Assembly (NCBI GenBank): GCA_050010755.1
Contig: JBEKKK010000001.1
Span: 96,001-160,000 of the forward strand
Direction: 5' to 3'
Length of the DNA stretch: 64,000 nucleotides
Source: Candidatus Bathyarchaeia archaeon
GTDB lineage: Archaea; Thermoproteota; Bathyarchaeia; Bathyarchaeales; Bathycorpusculaceae
The translations under genes and the position numbers were made by a program. Positions 38,368 to 46,769 of this stretch are shown piece by piece. Position 1 is the stretch's first letter; the number at the start of each line of letters is the position of its first letter. The notes below the pieces were generated by a model. That model did not search any database. It saw only the letters and a program-made list of their open reading frames with translations, and was not told the origin of the DNA.

Positions 38368-39119
38368 TATTCTTCGGCCTCCTCCTTGTTTTCTTCTTCT
38401 TTAACGTTCACGTACTTAGTCCTGAGCGCTTCTTTCTGAAGTACGTAGATTTGTTTGCACCCTTCGAGAGCCAAGTTCACCGCGCTTTCAAACTCGTCGG
38501 TTGAGAGTGAACCATCCATCTGCAGCAAAGTGATGGCGTTCAGGTTGGGCATCAGAGCCACGGGAACATCAGCGCTGCCCAACTTGTCTTCAGTGTCCAT
38601 CAAGTCCAGCACGATTTTGTCCTCCACTTTGCCCGCTGCGCAGGCGACGATTAGGTCCCGCATCGGTATGCCTGAGTCTGCCAAGGCCAGAGCGGCTGCC
38701 GTGATACTAGCGCATCTTGTCCCCCCGTCAGCCTGTAAGACTTCGATGAATATGTCTATCATCGTGCGCGGATAGTATTCCATGAAGATGGCCGGTTCCA
38801 GCGATTCCCTGATCACTTTCGAGAGTTCGATTTCCCGCCTTGACGGAGCAGGTGACTTACGCTCCTGAACTGAGAACGGAGCCATGTGGTATCGGCACTT
38901 TACGACCGTTCGGTCCGGGAGGGCTAAATGTTTGGGATGAACTTCTCTCGGTCCGTAAACACCGGCCAGGATCTTGTTTTTTCCATGCTCGATGTATGCT
39001 GACCCGTCTGCGCGTGATATCACGCCGACTTGAAGCTTCACTGGCCTTAACTCATCGGGCTTTCTTCCGTCCAGTCTTAGGCCTTTTTTGTCGATTAACT
39101 TTTCAGGTTTATCATTCAT
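38367..39119 (-). CDS. rrp41: Exosome complex exonuclease Rrp41
   Basis: [36 protein letters not shown]. Confidence 0.96.
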   Translation of the reverse strand: MNDKPEKLIDKKGLRLDGRKPDELRPVKLQVGVISRADGSAYIEHGKNKILAGVYGPREVHPKHLALPDRTVVKCRYHMAPFSVQERKSPAPSRREIELSKVIRESLEPAIFMEYYPRTMIDIFIEVLQADGGTRCASITAAALALADSGIPMRDLIVACAAGKVEDKIVLDLMDTEDKLGSADVPVALMPNLNAITLLQMDGSLSTDEFESAVNLALEGCKQIYVLQKEALRTKYVNVKEEENKEEAEE

Positions 39120-39822
39120 TTTTCTTTTCCTCCTTTCCAGTTTTTGCCTCTTTCAGCATCTTGGTTATGCGGTCCGTCAGACCGCTTGTGTGGGATTCTG
39201 CTTCTATTTTCAGAATCGCCATCATAGCCAACTGTTCGTCTTCAAGAGTCTTTCCAGTAATGAGCACGACCCCGTTAACGCCCAGGATAATGTTGCAGCC
39301 CGTCTCTTGCTTTATGGTGGATATCATCGAGCCTTTTCTGCCTATCACGCGGGGAATTTTCGTCGGCGTGACCTTTAGTATCTGCCCGCGTGTTATCTTT
39401 CCTAGCCCAGGTTCTGCAACAGTCAACTGTGGATCGTGCGTCCTGTCGTAAGAGACTATCTTGGCCACCACCAAATCCCCGACATCAAGAACCTGTGGCA
39501 AATCGTCTTTTTGGGGTCTAAAGGATCTGCTTAGTACGTCTGAAGCCCTGAGAAGAGCGGGATAGGGCGAGTTGATGTCCACAGTCCACCCGCTGAATCC
39601 AACTTCCGTGATGGTTCCTATGACGATGTCTTCCATCCTCGGAACGTAAAAAGACTTCAGAGCGACAACATCCAATTTTTTTGTTTCATACTCGACGATT
39701 CCAACTCTTGAAGCGTAAATCTTGTTGTTTTCCATGTACGTGTTTTCTCCAGCTATGTAATCGCCCTCTGCGATCAAGTCGCCAGGCGTCACAAGCTGTC
39801 TTTTTTCCAAAAATATTGGCAT
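39112..39822 (-). CDS. rrp4: Exosome RNA-binding cap protein Rrp4
   Basis: V.PGD, S1 domain (Y.P...D.VIG, W.VDINSPY), KH domain ([13 protein letters not shown]). Confidence 0.95.
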   Translation of the reverse strand: MPIFLEKRQLVTPGDLIAEGDYIAGENTYMENNKIYASRVGIVEYETKKLDVVALKSFYVPRMEDIVIGTITEVGFSGWTVDINSPYPALLRASDVLSRSFRPQKDDLPQVLDVGDLVVAKIVSYDRTHDPQLTVAEPGLGKITRGQILKVTPTKIPRVIGRKGSMISTIKQETGCNIILGVNGVVLITGKTLEDEQLAMMAILKIEAESHTSGLTDRITKMLKEAKTGKEEKKNE

Positions 39823-39858
39823 GAAATCACTCCTTTTCTATTCATACAAACTTTATTG

Positions 39859-40548
39859 CTAGGGGTTGATTTTTGCTTCTCCCGTTCCCTTAGTTATTTC
39901 TCCGAGTTTATCCAGGAACGGGGCGTACACTCCTGCGGGCATTTCTAGGACCCCGTACCATGAACCGTTTGCGCGCCATTCTTCACGTTTTATCGTTCCA
40001 AATCCCTTGATTGTTCCATAGGCCTTAACGGAATGTTCCGCAGGTATTGTAATGCCAACGGTTATCTGCTCCATTTTCAGCGGCAGAATCGTCCGCAAAA
40101 GCTTGATTATTTCTTTAGCCTGTTCTTCCACAGGCTTGAAAGGGTCTATCGAGTAGCGAACCTGTTCCATGGCGTTTTCGATTCGTGTTGGCGGATGCGG
40201 AAGATTAGTTCTGGGATCAACGCTCTGTCTCGATATGAAATCCACTATCTGTTTTCTCTTGTCCTCAATCATTTTCCTGCGTTGTTCGGTGGTCACCTGC
40301 AACGTTCCCTTTGTGAGTATGGTCTCGGCTATCTTCAGCGAATCCGTAGTGCCGAAAGCCTTACGCAGGCTTTCTTCCGAGGGCTTCGTGCCCTTGTTGG
40401 CGTCAGAAAATATCGTTTCAGCCGCCAAAACTTCGGTTATTCCCGCTATTCTTCCCGTTCGAAAATCTAGGGCTTTTTGAGGTTTTACAAGCACTTCGAA
40501 GTGTTCGTTGTCCTTTGTAATGCGCGCAACGGTGTACTTATCACTCAT
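39859..40548 (-). CDS. Ribosome maturation factor SBDS/Sdo1
   Basis: HFEVLV.P, IF.DA.KG, TEQRR, DP.T..PHPP.RIE.AM. Confidence 0.95.
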   Translation of the reverse strand: MSDKYTVARITKDNEHFEVLVKPQKALDFRTGRIAGITEVLAAETIFSDANKGTKPSEESLRKAFGTTDSLKIAETILTKGTLQVTTEQRRKMIEDKRKQIVDFISRQSVDPRTNLPHPPTRIENAMEQVRYSIDPFKPVEEQAKEIIKLLRTILPLKMEQITVGITIPAEHSVKAYGTIKGFGTIKREEWRANGSWYGVLEMPAGVYAPFLDKLGEITKGTGEAKINP

Positions 40549-40555
40549 CAGCGTG

Positions 40556-41284
40556 TCACTTGCCCGCGCCTAGCTCTTTCAGCATACCTTCAATTTTCTC
40601 CTCGCTCAACATTTCCAGTTTCTTGGTTTCTGTGGACACGACGGCTACTTTGATTCTCAGCGGCAGTTGTCTCGCTTCCAAGGCTTTGGCCAAGCATTTT
40701 ACCGTGAGCTTCGTGGTTTCTTCTAGGCTCAGATCATCCTTGTATTCCTCTTTCAGGATGTTGAACACGGTTTCTCTTCCGGCGCCTTCCGCTCTGGCCT
40801 TGTAGCCCCTGTAGGTTCCGCTAGGATGAGTTCCGAAGACTCGGCTTCCCGTTTTGTCCACTCCGGCAAACACCATCGACACGCCGAAGGGTCTCACACC
40901 CGCGTGTTGTGTGTAAAGCTGCTTAATATCGGAGATTCTCTTGGTCACGACTTCAACGTCGATCGGTTCATCATACGTTAGTTTGTTAGATTGCGCCATA
41001 ACCCGCGCCTGATCTATGAGGATCCGCGCGTCCGAACTCAAACCAACGATGGCCGCGCCCACGTGATCGTCAATTCGAAATATTTTCCATGAATATTCCG
41101 TTTCTTCCAGTGGGTCAACTGTCTCTTCAGCTCCGAGAACCACTCCTTCTGGGCATCGTATCGCAATGATTGTCGCTCCGCGGTTGACAAGTTCCATCGC
41201 GTATTCAACTTGAAAAAGCCGTCCATCCGGTGAAAAAACAGTTATCGCACGGTCGTAAGCACCTGGTGCTGCAAACACTGACAT
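40556..41284 (-). CDS. psmA: Proteasome alpha subunit
   Basis: YDRAITVFSPDGRLFQVEYA signature, TQ.AGVRPFGV. Confidence 0.97.
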   Translation of the reverse strand: MSVFAAPGAYDRAITVFSPDGRLFQVEYAMELVNRGATIIAIRCPEGVVLGAEETVDPLEETEYSWKIFRIDDHVGAAIVGLSSDARILIDQARVMAQSNKLTYDEPIDVEVVTKRISDIKQLYTQHAGVRPFGVSMVFAGVDKTGSRVFGTHPSGTYRGYKARAEGAGRETVFNILKEEYKDDLSLEETTKLTVKCLAKALEARQLPLRIKVAVVSTETKKLEMLSEEKIEGMLKELGAGK

Positions 41285-41435
41285 TCATTTCATCCTCACA
41301 GTATATCCTAACTATTTGCAGTCTCAGATACAACAACTATACTAAAAACCTTTCCTATACTTTGCAGCCCTTATTTCAGGGTCTCGTTAGCGATATTTTC
41401 CGTTTTGACGTCCACGGGAAACCGTTAAACTTGGC

Positions 41436-42689
41436 CTATTCTTTCCAGTCGAGGAGCCTTCTTTCTCCTTCAATCTTTTTCAGGTCCGTGAGATCCTGTG
41501 TGACTTCCATTGTTCCGAGGTATTTTCCGCTTTTATTTCTCACTGCGAAGTACCTTATGTGGACCATGCGGTTGTTCATCCTTATCCAGAATTCGGCTGT
41601 GTTCTTTTCGCCGGTGGTGAAGGCTTCGATGATTTTGTTGACTATGTGGACGCTTTTCTGAGGGTGGCACAACTGCACGCTTCTGCCGATGACTGATTTA
41701 GTTCTCACGAATATTCTTTTTTCAGCCTTGTTGAAGTACTTCACGCGGTCGTCCTTGTCGATGAAGGAGATATCGATGGGCAATGTGTCGAGGATGGCCT
41801 CGGCCTCTTCTTTGGAGAGGCTGCCAGTTTCAAACTGCCACGTGTCTGCGGAGGGTTTGGAAGTTTTAGGTGCCGATTCTGCCGCTTGAAAAGCTGTTAG
41901 GACGTTAGGGGGTGTAAAATCTGGGTATCCAATCTCGTCGAATTCTGTTCTGATGTCTTCCCACTCTTTGTCGGTGACAACTTGGAGTGCAGTGGGGAAG
42001 AGTATGTTGTTTTCTTTGAAAAAGTGATCGGGAAGAAGGCTGCACAAGGGGCTTGCGTCTTTGCTTAAGCGTTTTTTGAAGTCGGGGTAGGGCATCGTGT
42101 TCCACTTTTCGACGGTGTTGTGGAGTTTCTTTTTTGTCTCCCTTATTTTGTTGTGTTCCATCCACATTATTGCTGGAGGTTCGGTGACTCCATGTTTTTC
42201 CATGGTTGGGAAAAGAACGTTTTCTTCTCGCAGATAATGTTTCTCTGAGTCCTGAAAATCTTTCACCAGGGTCTGAAGTTCCGTCAGCGCCTCGCCAACG
42301 TAGACTGAGTCACATGCTTCCTCTAACATTTTCACGAGGGTTTGCAGTCGTTCAGCCTTTTCTAGCATGACCCTGTGTTCTTCGATGAGTATGCTGATTG
42401 GATGGCCTGCGGGGATGTGTAGTTCTTGATCTTGAACCTGTTCGCCGAAAACGGCCAGATGAACGTCGCAGAGTCTTTGAAGCTCTTCTCTCGGCATTCC
42501 TTCTTTCACGAGTTCCTGCTCTATCTTGGCAATATCCTCGGGTTTTGTGCCCTTCAAAACTTCCTTAAATTTCTCCTTAACTTCGGTTGGTGACGCTCCA
42601 CCGTGTAATTCTTTGATTACTTCTTTCAACATTTTCTTCTTGTTGGCATTCGCCTTCGCCATCTTCATGCGCCTTCCCTGACGGCTCAA
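41436..42689 (-). CDS. DUF438 / hemerythrin-like / PAS-domain protein
   Basis: LCDVH, GHPI..L..EH, HY.REENVLFP, MW.EH, H..KEN.ILFP, C-terminal PAS (SF.D..D.V.YFN, CHP.KS). Confidence 0.88.
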   Translation of the reverse strand: MSRQGRRMKMAKANANKKKMLKEVIKELHGGASPTEVKEKFKEVLKGTKPEDIAKIEQELVKEGMPREELQRLCDVHLAVFGEQVQDQELHIPAGHPISILIEEHRVMLEKAERLQTLVKMLEEACDSVYVGEALTELQTLVKDFQDSEKHYLREENVLFPTMEKHGVTEPPAIMWMEHNKIRETKKKLHNTVEKWNTMPYPDFKKRLSKDASPLCSLLPDHFFKENNILFPTALQVVTDKEWEDIRTEFDEIGYPDFTPPNVLTAFQAAESAPKTSKPSADTWQFETGSLSKEEAEAILDTLPIDISFIDKDDRVKYFNKAEKRIFVRTKSVIGRSVQLCHPQKSVHIVNKIIEAFTTGEKNTAEFWIRMNNRMVHIRYFAVRNKSGKYLGTMEVTQDLTDLKKIEGERRLLDWKE

Positions 42690-42722
42690 GTCATAGGTTT
42701 CTAGGTGATAAAAGTTTGGGAA

Positions 42723-43916
42723 TTACGGCATATTTTCCGATTTGATCTTGCTTGCGAGGGCCTTGCCGAATCCCACTATCTTGTCGATGTCGGCTTCGGT
42801 GGGCGGACCGTTTATTTCGAGTGCTCCGACGATTTCCATTTTTGTCGGTCCGAGTGTTTCTTGGATGTGTTTTATCGCTCCGCCGGCCCATCCGTAGGAG
42901 CTGAGGACCACTGCGTATTTTGTGGGTGGTTTCAGGGCTCTGACCAGATATGTCGCGTACATTGCTATGGGGTGAGCGCCGCCGAGAACCGTGGGGGTGC
43001 CTAGGACGATGGCTCTTGAGTCTACGAGGTCTTTTGCCACGTCGCCTATGTCGGCCGTGACCAAGTTGTGCCGTACGATTTCGATGCCTTCTGATTCCAA
43101 GAAGTCTGCGATGGTTCTAATCATCTTCTCTGTGCTGTTCCACATGGTTGCGTAGACTATGATTGCCTTCTGTTTGGTTTCGCCGTTTGACCATTTCCTG
43201 TAGGCTTGAAGTATGCGTTCTGGGTTTCTGTGTATTGGTCCATGGCTGGGAGCGATGATTTCAATCGGCAAGTCCTTTATCTTTTCCATTCCTTTCTGCG
43301 CGTTGAACCTGAACGGCATCATAATCTCGCCGAAGTACTTCTGAGCAAAAACGAGCAGGTCGCTGACTTCATCGTCGTAAACCCCTTCGGCCACGTGTGA
43401 GCCAAAGAAGTCGCATGGAAACAGGGTTTTGTTTTCCGAGACGTATGTGAACATGGTTTCGGGCCAGTGAAGCATTGGGGCCTCGATGAAGCGAAGCGTT
43501 TTGCCGCCTAAGTCGATGGTTTCTCCGTCGGCGACGGCTTTTATCCTGTTTTCGGGGACTTTGTAGAATGTTTGCGCCATCTTTGCGCCTCTGCTGGTAG
43601 CCACCAGTTTGGCTTTGCTGTTTATCGACATGATGTGGGGGATTGAACCCGCATGGTCGGGCTCAGCATGGTTCATTATCACGTAGTCCAGCTCGGCCGG
43701 GTCGGTGACTTTGCGGATTTTTTCTTCAAGCTCCTTTTCGAAGCCCGGGTTAACTGTGTCGATGAGGGCTTTCTTGTCTTCGCCTATCACGAGGTAAGCG
43801 TTGTAGGTTGTCCCCCTTGGAAGAGGGATTAGCGCGTCAAAAAGCCTGCGATTCCAGTCTCGGGAGCCTACCCAGTAAACGTTTTTTGAGATTTCAACAA
43901 CGTTCCGCCAGCTCAT
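42723..43916 (-). CDS. fprA: Flavodiiron protein (FprA-type)
   Basis: GTTYNAYL, NHAEPDH, HWPE, D.FG.H, PSHG, flavodoxin domain (TMWNST, SYGW.GG); start set at ATG 43916. Confidence 0.93.
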   Translation of the reverse strand: MSWRNVVEISKNVYWVGSRDWNRRLFDALIPLPRGTTYNAYLVIGEDKKALIDTVNPGFEKELEEKIRKVTDPAELDYVIMNHAEPDHAGSIPHIMSINSKAKLVATSRGAKMAQTFYKVPENRIKAVADGETIDLGGKTLRFIEAPMLHWPETMFTYVSENKTLFPCDFFGSHVAEGVYDDEVSDLLVFAQKYFGEIMMPFRFNAQKGMEKIKDLPIEIIAPSHGPIHRNPERILQAYRKWSNGETKQKAIIVYATMWNSTEKMIRTIADFLESEGIEIVRHNLVTADIGDVAKDLVDSRAIVLGTPTVLGGAHPIAMYATYLVRALKPPTKYAVVLSSYGWAGGAIKHIQETLGPTKMEIVGALEINGPPTEADIDKIVGFGKALASKIKSENMP

Positions 43917-44055
43917 GTTATGCACCTTCAAATTTGTAATACGATTGTGATAAAGCATTGTTTATGCTTTTCGACAACGACACAGCGAAAAGCCCATGCA
44001 TGTTCATGACCATGCGAAGCGACAATGAGATGTGTTCTGCAGTTCGCGAGGTACC

Positions 44056-44307
44056 GCCCCCTCCCCTTTTTTTCTTTACGTCTATTGTAATGTTGCATTG
44101 TAATGTGTAGGCGTAAATTTCCATGAATCGTGCAGTCTTCCGAAAAGGGTTGGAAATGGCACGCGTGTCAAACTCGGCCCCTCTGTGAGAGTTTAGATTG
44201 AGTTCCTGTTGAGATTTCAACGAGTGAACGGCAGGCTCCTCCCCTTTTTTCCTTTACATCAGACGTAATGTAGCCGTGTAATGTGTCAGCGTAAACGGTC
44301 ACGTTGC
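44056..44307 (-). repeat. Two further copies of the ~75-bp repeat, inverted relative to the 32-kb array
   Basis: Reverse complements read CATGGAAATTTACGCCTACACATTACAATGCAACATTACAATAGACGTAAAGAAAAAAAGGGGAGGGGGC (44056-44125) and GCAACGTGACCGTTTACGCTGACACATTACACGGCTACATTACGTCTGATGTAAAGGAAAAAAGGGGAGGAGCC (44234-44307); 178-bp pitch. Confidence 0.85.
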
Positions 44308-44483
44308 GCGCGCCTATCTTGGGATACCTTAAGCTTTATATTTTCCACTCTGCTTTTGGCAACAAGAAAACAGGCGATCTAGCATGTTCGGTCGGCCTTC
44401 ACGCAGTCTCTTTTTTGGGAAAACGCCCTCGATGAGGGGTGCTTTGGACTGAGAGTGGGGATAGTTTTAGGAGAAGAGGAGCC

Positions 44484-45788
44484 ATGAGTTTAAAGTCGTA
44501 TACGTGCGTTTGTTTGTTGTTCTGCTCCGTTTTCCTCGTGGCGTTGGCGGGTTGTCTGGGACTTGTTATGAGGGGAGTTGCGCAGGGAAATTCAGGTCCG
44601 GTTGTGATAGTCAATTTTGACGTGCCGGTTGACCCCGGTTCTTCTGGCTTCTTTAGCAGAGCTGTCAACTATGCGATGGGACAGGGGGCGTCCGCGATAG
44701 TTATAGAGATGAACACTCCTGGCGGCTTGCTAAGCGACATGCTGTCGATAGTGACTTCGATAAACCAAACAGTAATTCCGACTTACACTTTTGTCGAGCC
44801 TAATGGTTTGGCAGCCTCGGCTGGAAGTTATATTGCGATGGCAACGAACGGGATTTACATGGCGCCGGGTTCCGAGATAGGCCCAAGCACACCCATCGTT
44901 GTCGGCGGCACAGACTTGGAACAAAACCACACTCAAGCGGCAATGCTGAATACTATGCTCGCTCTTGCTGAGAAATGGGGACGAAACAGCACAGACGCTT
45001 TTAACATGGTTCAGGCAGATGAGGCCTTCACAGCAAACCAAGCCGTCTCCGATCATCTGGTCGACGGGCTTGCAAACTCATTGAGCGACGTTATCACGCG
45101 GATAGGCCTTTCTGGCAGACAGCAGATCACGCTCAGCGAGTCTTTGTACGATGAGTTCGTAAGCGCGCTGAGCGACCCAACGCTCGACGGAATCCTTATT
45201 CTGCTGGGAATAGTGGCAATCGTGCTGGACTTCTACCATCCCACGATTATTCTCTCTATAGCCGGAGTCTTGGGCATAGCGATGGGGCTGATTGGTGCGG
45301 AGGTGATCGGCGCCTCTTTTCTCGGTTATCTGATCCTGGCGATCGCGGCGGTCCTGATCGTGCTGGAGCTGAAGTTGGGACACGGTTTTGCCATGATGGC
45401 AGGAGTGGCCCTCGGAGCGTTCGGCATATTTTACTTGGCACAAGGATTAAATTATTCGCCCTCGCCCATCACTGACGTAACAGAACTGGAGCTTTTCCTA
45501 GTCGTAATGGCCGGAGTAGTTGCTGGACTCTATTTTAGATGGATAATAGGGCCGATAATGCACCGCGGCAAACTAACCGGGCCGGAAGCAATACTCGGTA
45601 AGACCGGCATGGCCGTGACCGATCTGAAGCCAGACGGGGAAGTAAGGGTCGGAGGAATCGTTTGGAGGGCCAAGTCAATTCAAGGCGACATACAGAAAGG
45701 CGAATTGGTAAGAGTGAAGTCTCTTGAAGATCTCGTGCTGAAGGTCGAAAAATGCGACCAAGAGCCTTCGACGCAGACCAAGAAATAG
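44484..45788 (+). CDS. nfeD: NfeD-family membrane-bound serine protease (ClpP class)
   Basis: Signal peptide, NTPGG, AASAG.YI, MAPG..IG, TM bundle, C-terminal OB domain (G.A.TDL.P.G.V...G..W.A). Confidence 0.92.
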   Translation: MSLKSYTCVCLLFCSVFLVALAGCLGLVMRGVAQGNSGPVVIVNFDVPVDPGSSGFFSRAVNYAMGQGASAIVIEMNTPGGLLSDMLSIVTSINQTVIPTYTFVEPNGLAASAGSYIAMATNGIYMAPGSEIGPSTPIVVGGTDLEQNHTQAAMLNTMLALAEKWGRNSTDAFNMVQADEAFTANQAVSDHLVDGLANSLSDVITRIGLSGRQQITLSESLYDEFVSALSDPTLDGILILLGIVAIVLDFYHPTIILSIAGVLGIAMGLIGAEVIGASFLGYLILAIAAVLIVLELKLGHGFAMMAGVALGAFGIFYLAQGLNYSPSPITDVTELELFLVVMAGVVAGLYFRWIIGPIMHRGKLTGPEAILGKTGMAVTDLKPDGEVRVGGIVWRAKSIQGDIQKGELVRVKSLEDLVLKVEKCDQEPSTQTKK

Positions 45789-45864
45789 CGTGAACCAGCA
45801 CTTTTTTCTATCATGGCAAAATTAATAAGTGAAGAGCTTTCTCTCAAAGTTAGGGTGATTCTGG

Positions 45865-46677
45865 ACGGATCCCGTCGTTCTAGGCATAGAGATTTTTGTG
45901 ATTCTGATCGTTCTAATCATTCTTCTGAGCGGCATTAGAATTCTCAGAGAATGGGAGAGAGCTCCACTGCTCACCCTGGGCCGATACAAAGGACTCAAGG
46001 GGCCAGGAGTAATTTACATTCCGCCAATCATCAGCCGCGTGCCTTTTGTAATATCAACCAGGCTGCAGGTAGTCTCATTCAAGACGGAGCAGACTCTCAC
46101 CAAGGACAACGTGCCCGTAGTAGTCGACGCCGTAATGTACTTTCAACCCGTAGACCTGCAGAAAGTCGTATTGGGCGCAGAGAACTTCCGAGACGCCACC
46201 GATTTTGCGGCACAAACCACCCTGAGAGAAGTTATCGGACAGGCAACCTTCGACGAAGTGCTCACCGAAAGAGAAAAAGTTGGGTCAATCGCAAGGGGCA
46301 TAATCGACTCAAAAACGGAAGCCTGGGGCATAAAAGTAACTGCCGTAGAAATCCGGGACGTCGGAATTCCACAGGTGCTACAAGACGCCATGTCAAGACA
46401 GGCCCAAGCCGAAAGAGAGAGAAGAGCAAGAGTCACGCTGGCCACGGCAGAATTCGAAGCCGCACAAAAGATGATTGAAGCCGCAAACCTCTACGAAAAA
46501 AGCCACGAAGCCCTCAGGCTCCGATGGATGAACATACTATACGAGATCGGACAACAATCCAGCACAAACACGATAATGCTCGTCCCCTCGTCCATGCCAG
46601 AAGCAGGATGGCCACCGATAGGCATGTTCGGCTTCAAGGAAATAGCCAAAGAAACGACAAAGAAAGAAACTAAATAA
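45865..46677 (+). CDS. SPFH/stomatin-like (slipin) protein
   Basis: E.ER....LG......GPG, TKDNV.V.VDAV, AQTTLR.VIG, AM.RQA.AERERRA; canonical NfeD partner; start either ACG 45865 or GTG 45898. Confidence 0.92.
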   Translation, partial: TDPVVLGIEIFVILIVLIILLSGIRILREWERAPLLTLGRYKGLKGPGVIYIPPIISRVPFVISTRLQVVSFKTEQTLTKDNVPVVVDAVMYFQPVDLQKVVLGAENFRDATDFAAQTTLREVIGQATFDEVLTEREKVGSIARGIIDSKTEAWGIKVTAVEIRDVGIPQVLQDAMSRQAQAERERRARVTLATAEFEAAQKMIEAANLYEKSHEALRLRWMNILYEIGQQSSTNTIMLVPSSMPEAGWPPIGMFGFKEIAKETTKKETK

Positions 46678-46769
46678 ACACTCCAACGGCCCGAGCACAC
46701 AAGCCCAAACACCCTACAATTTCTGTCTTTTTATTGTACGCTAAACATGGTTTGATTGGTTCGTCTGGG

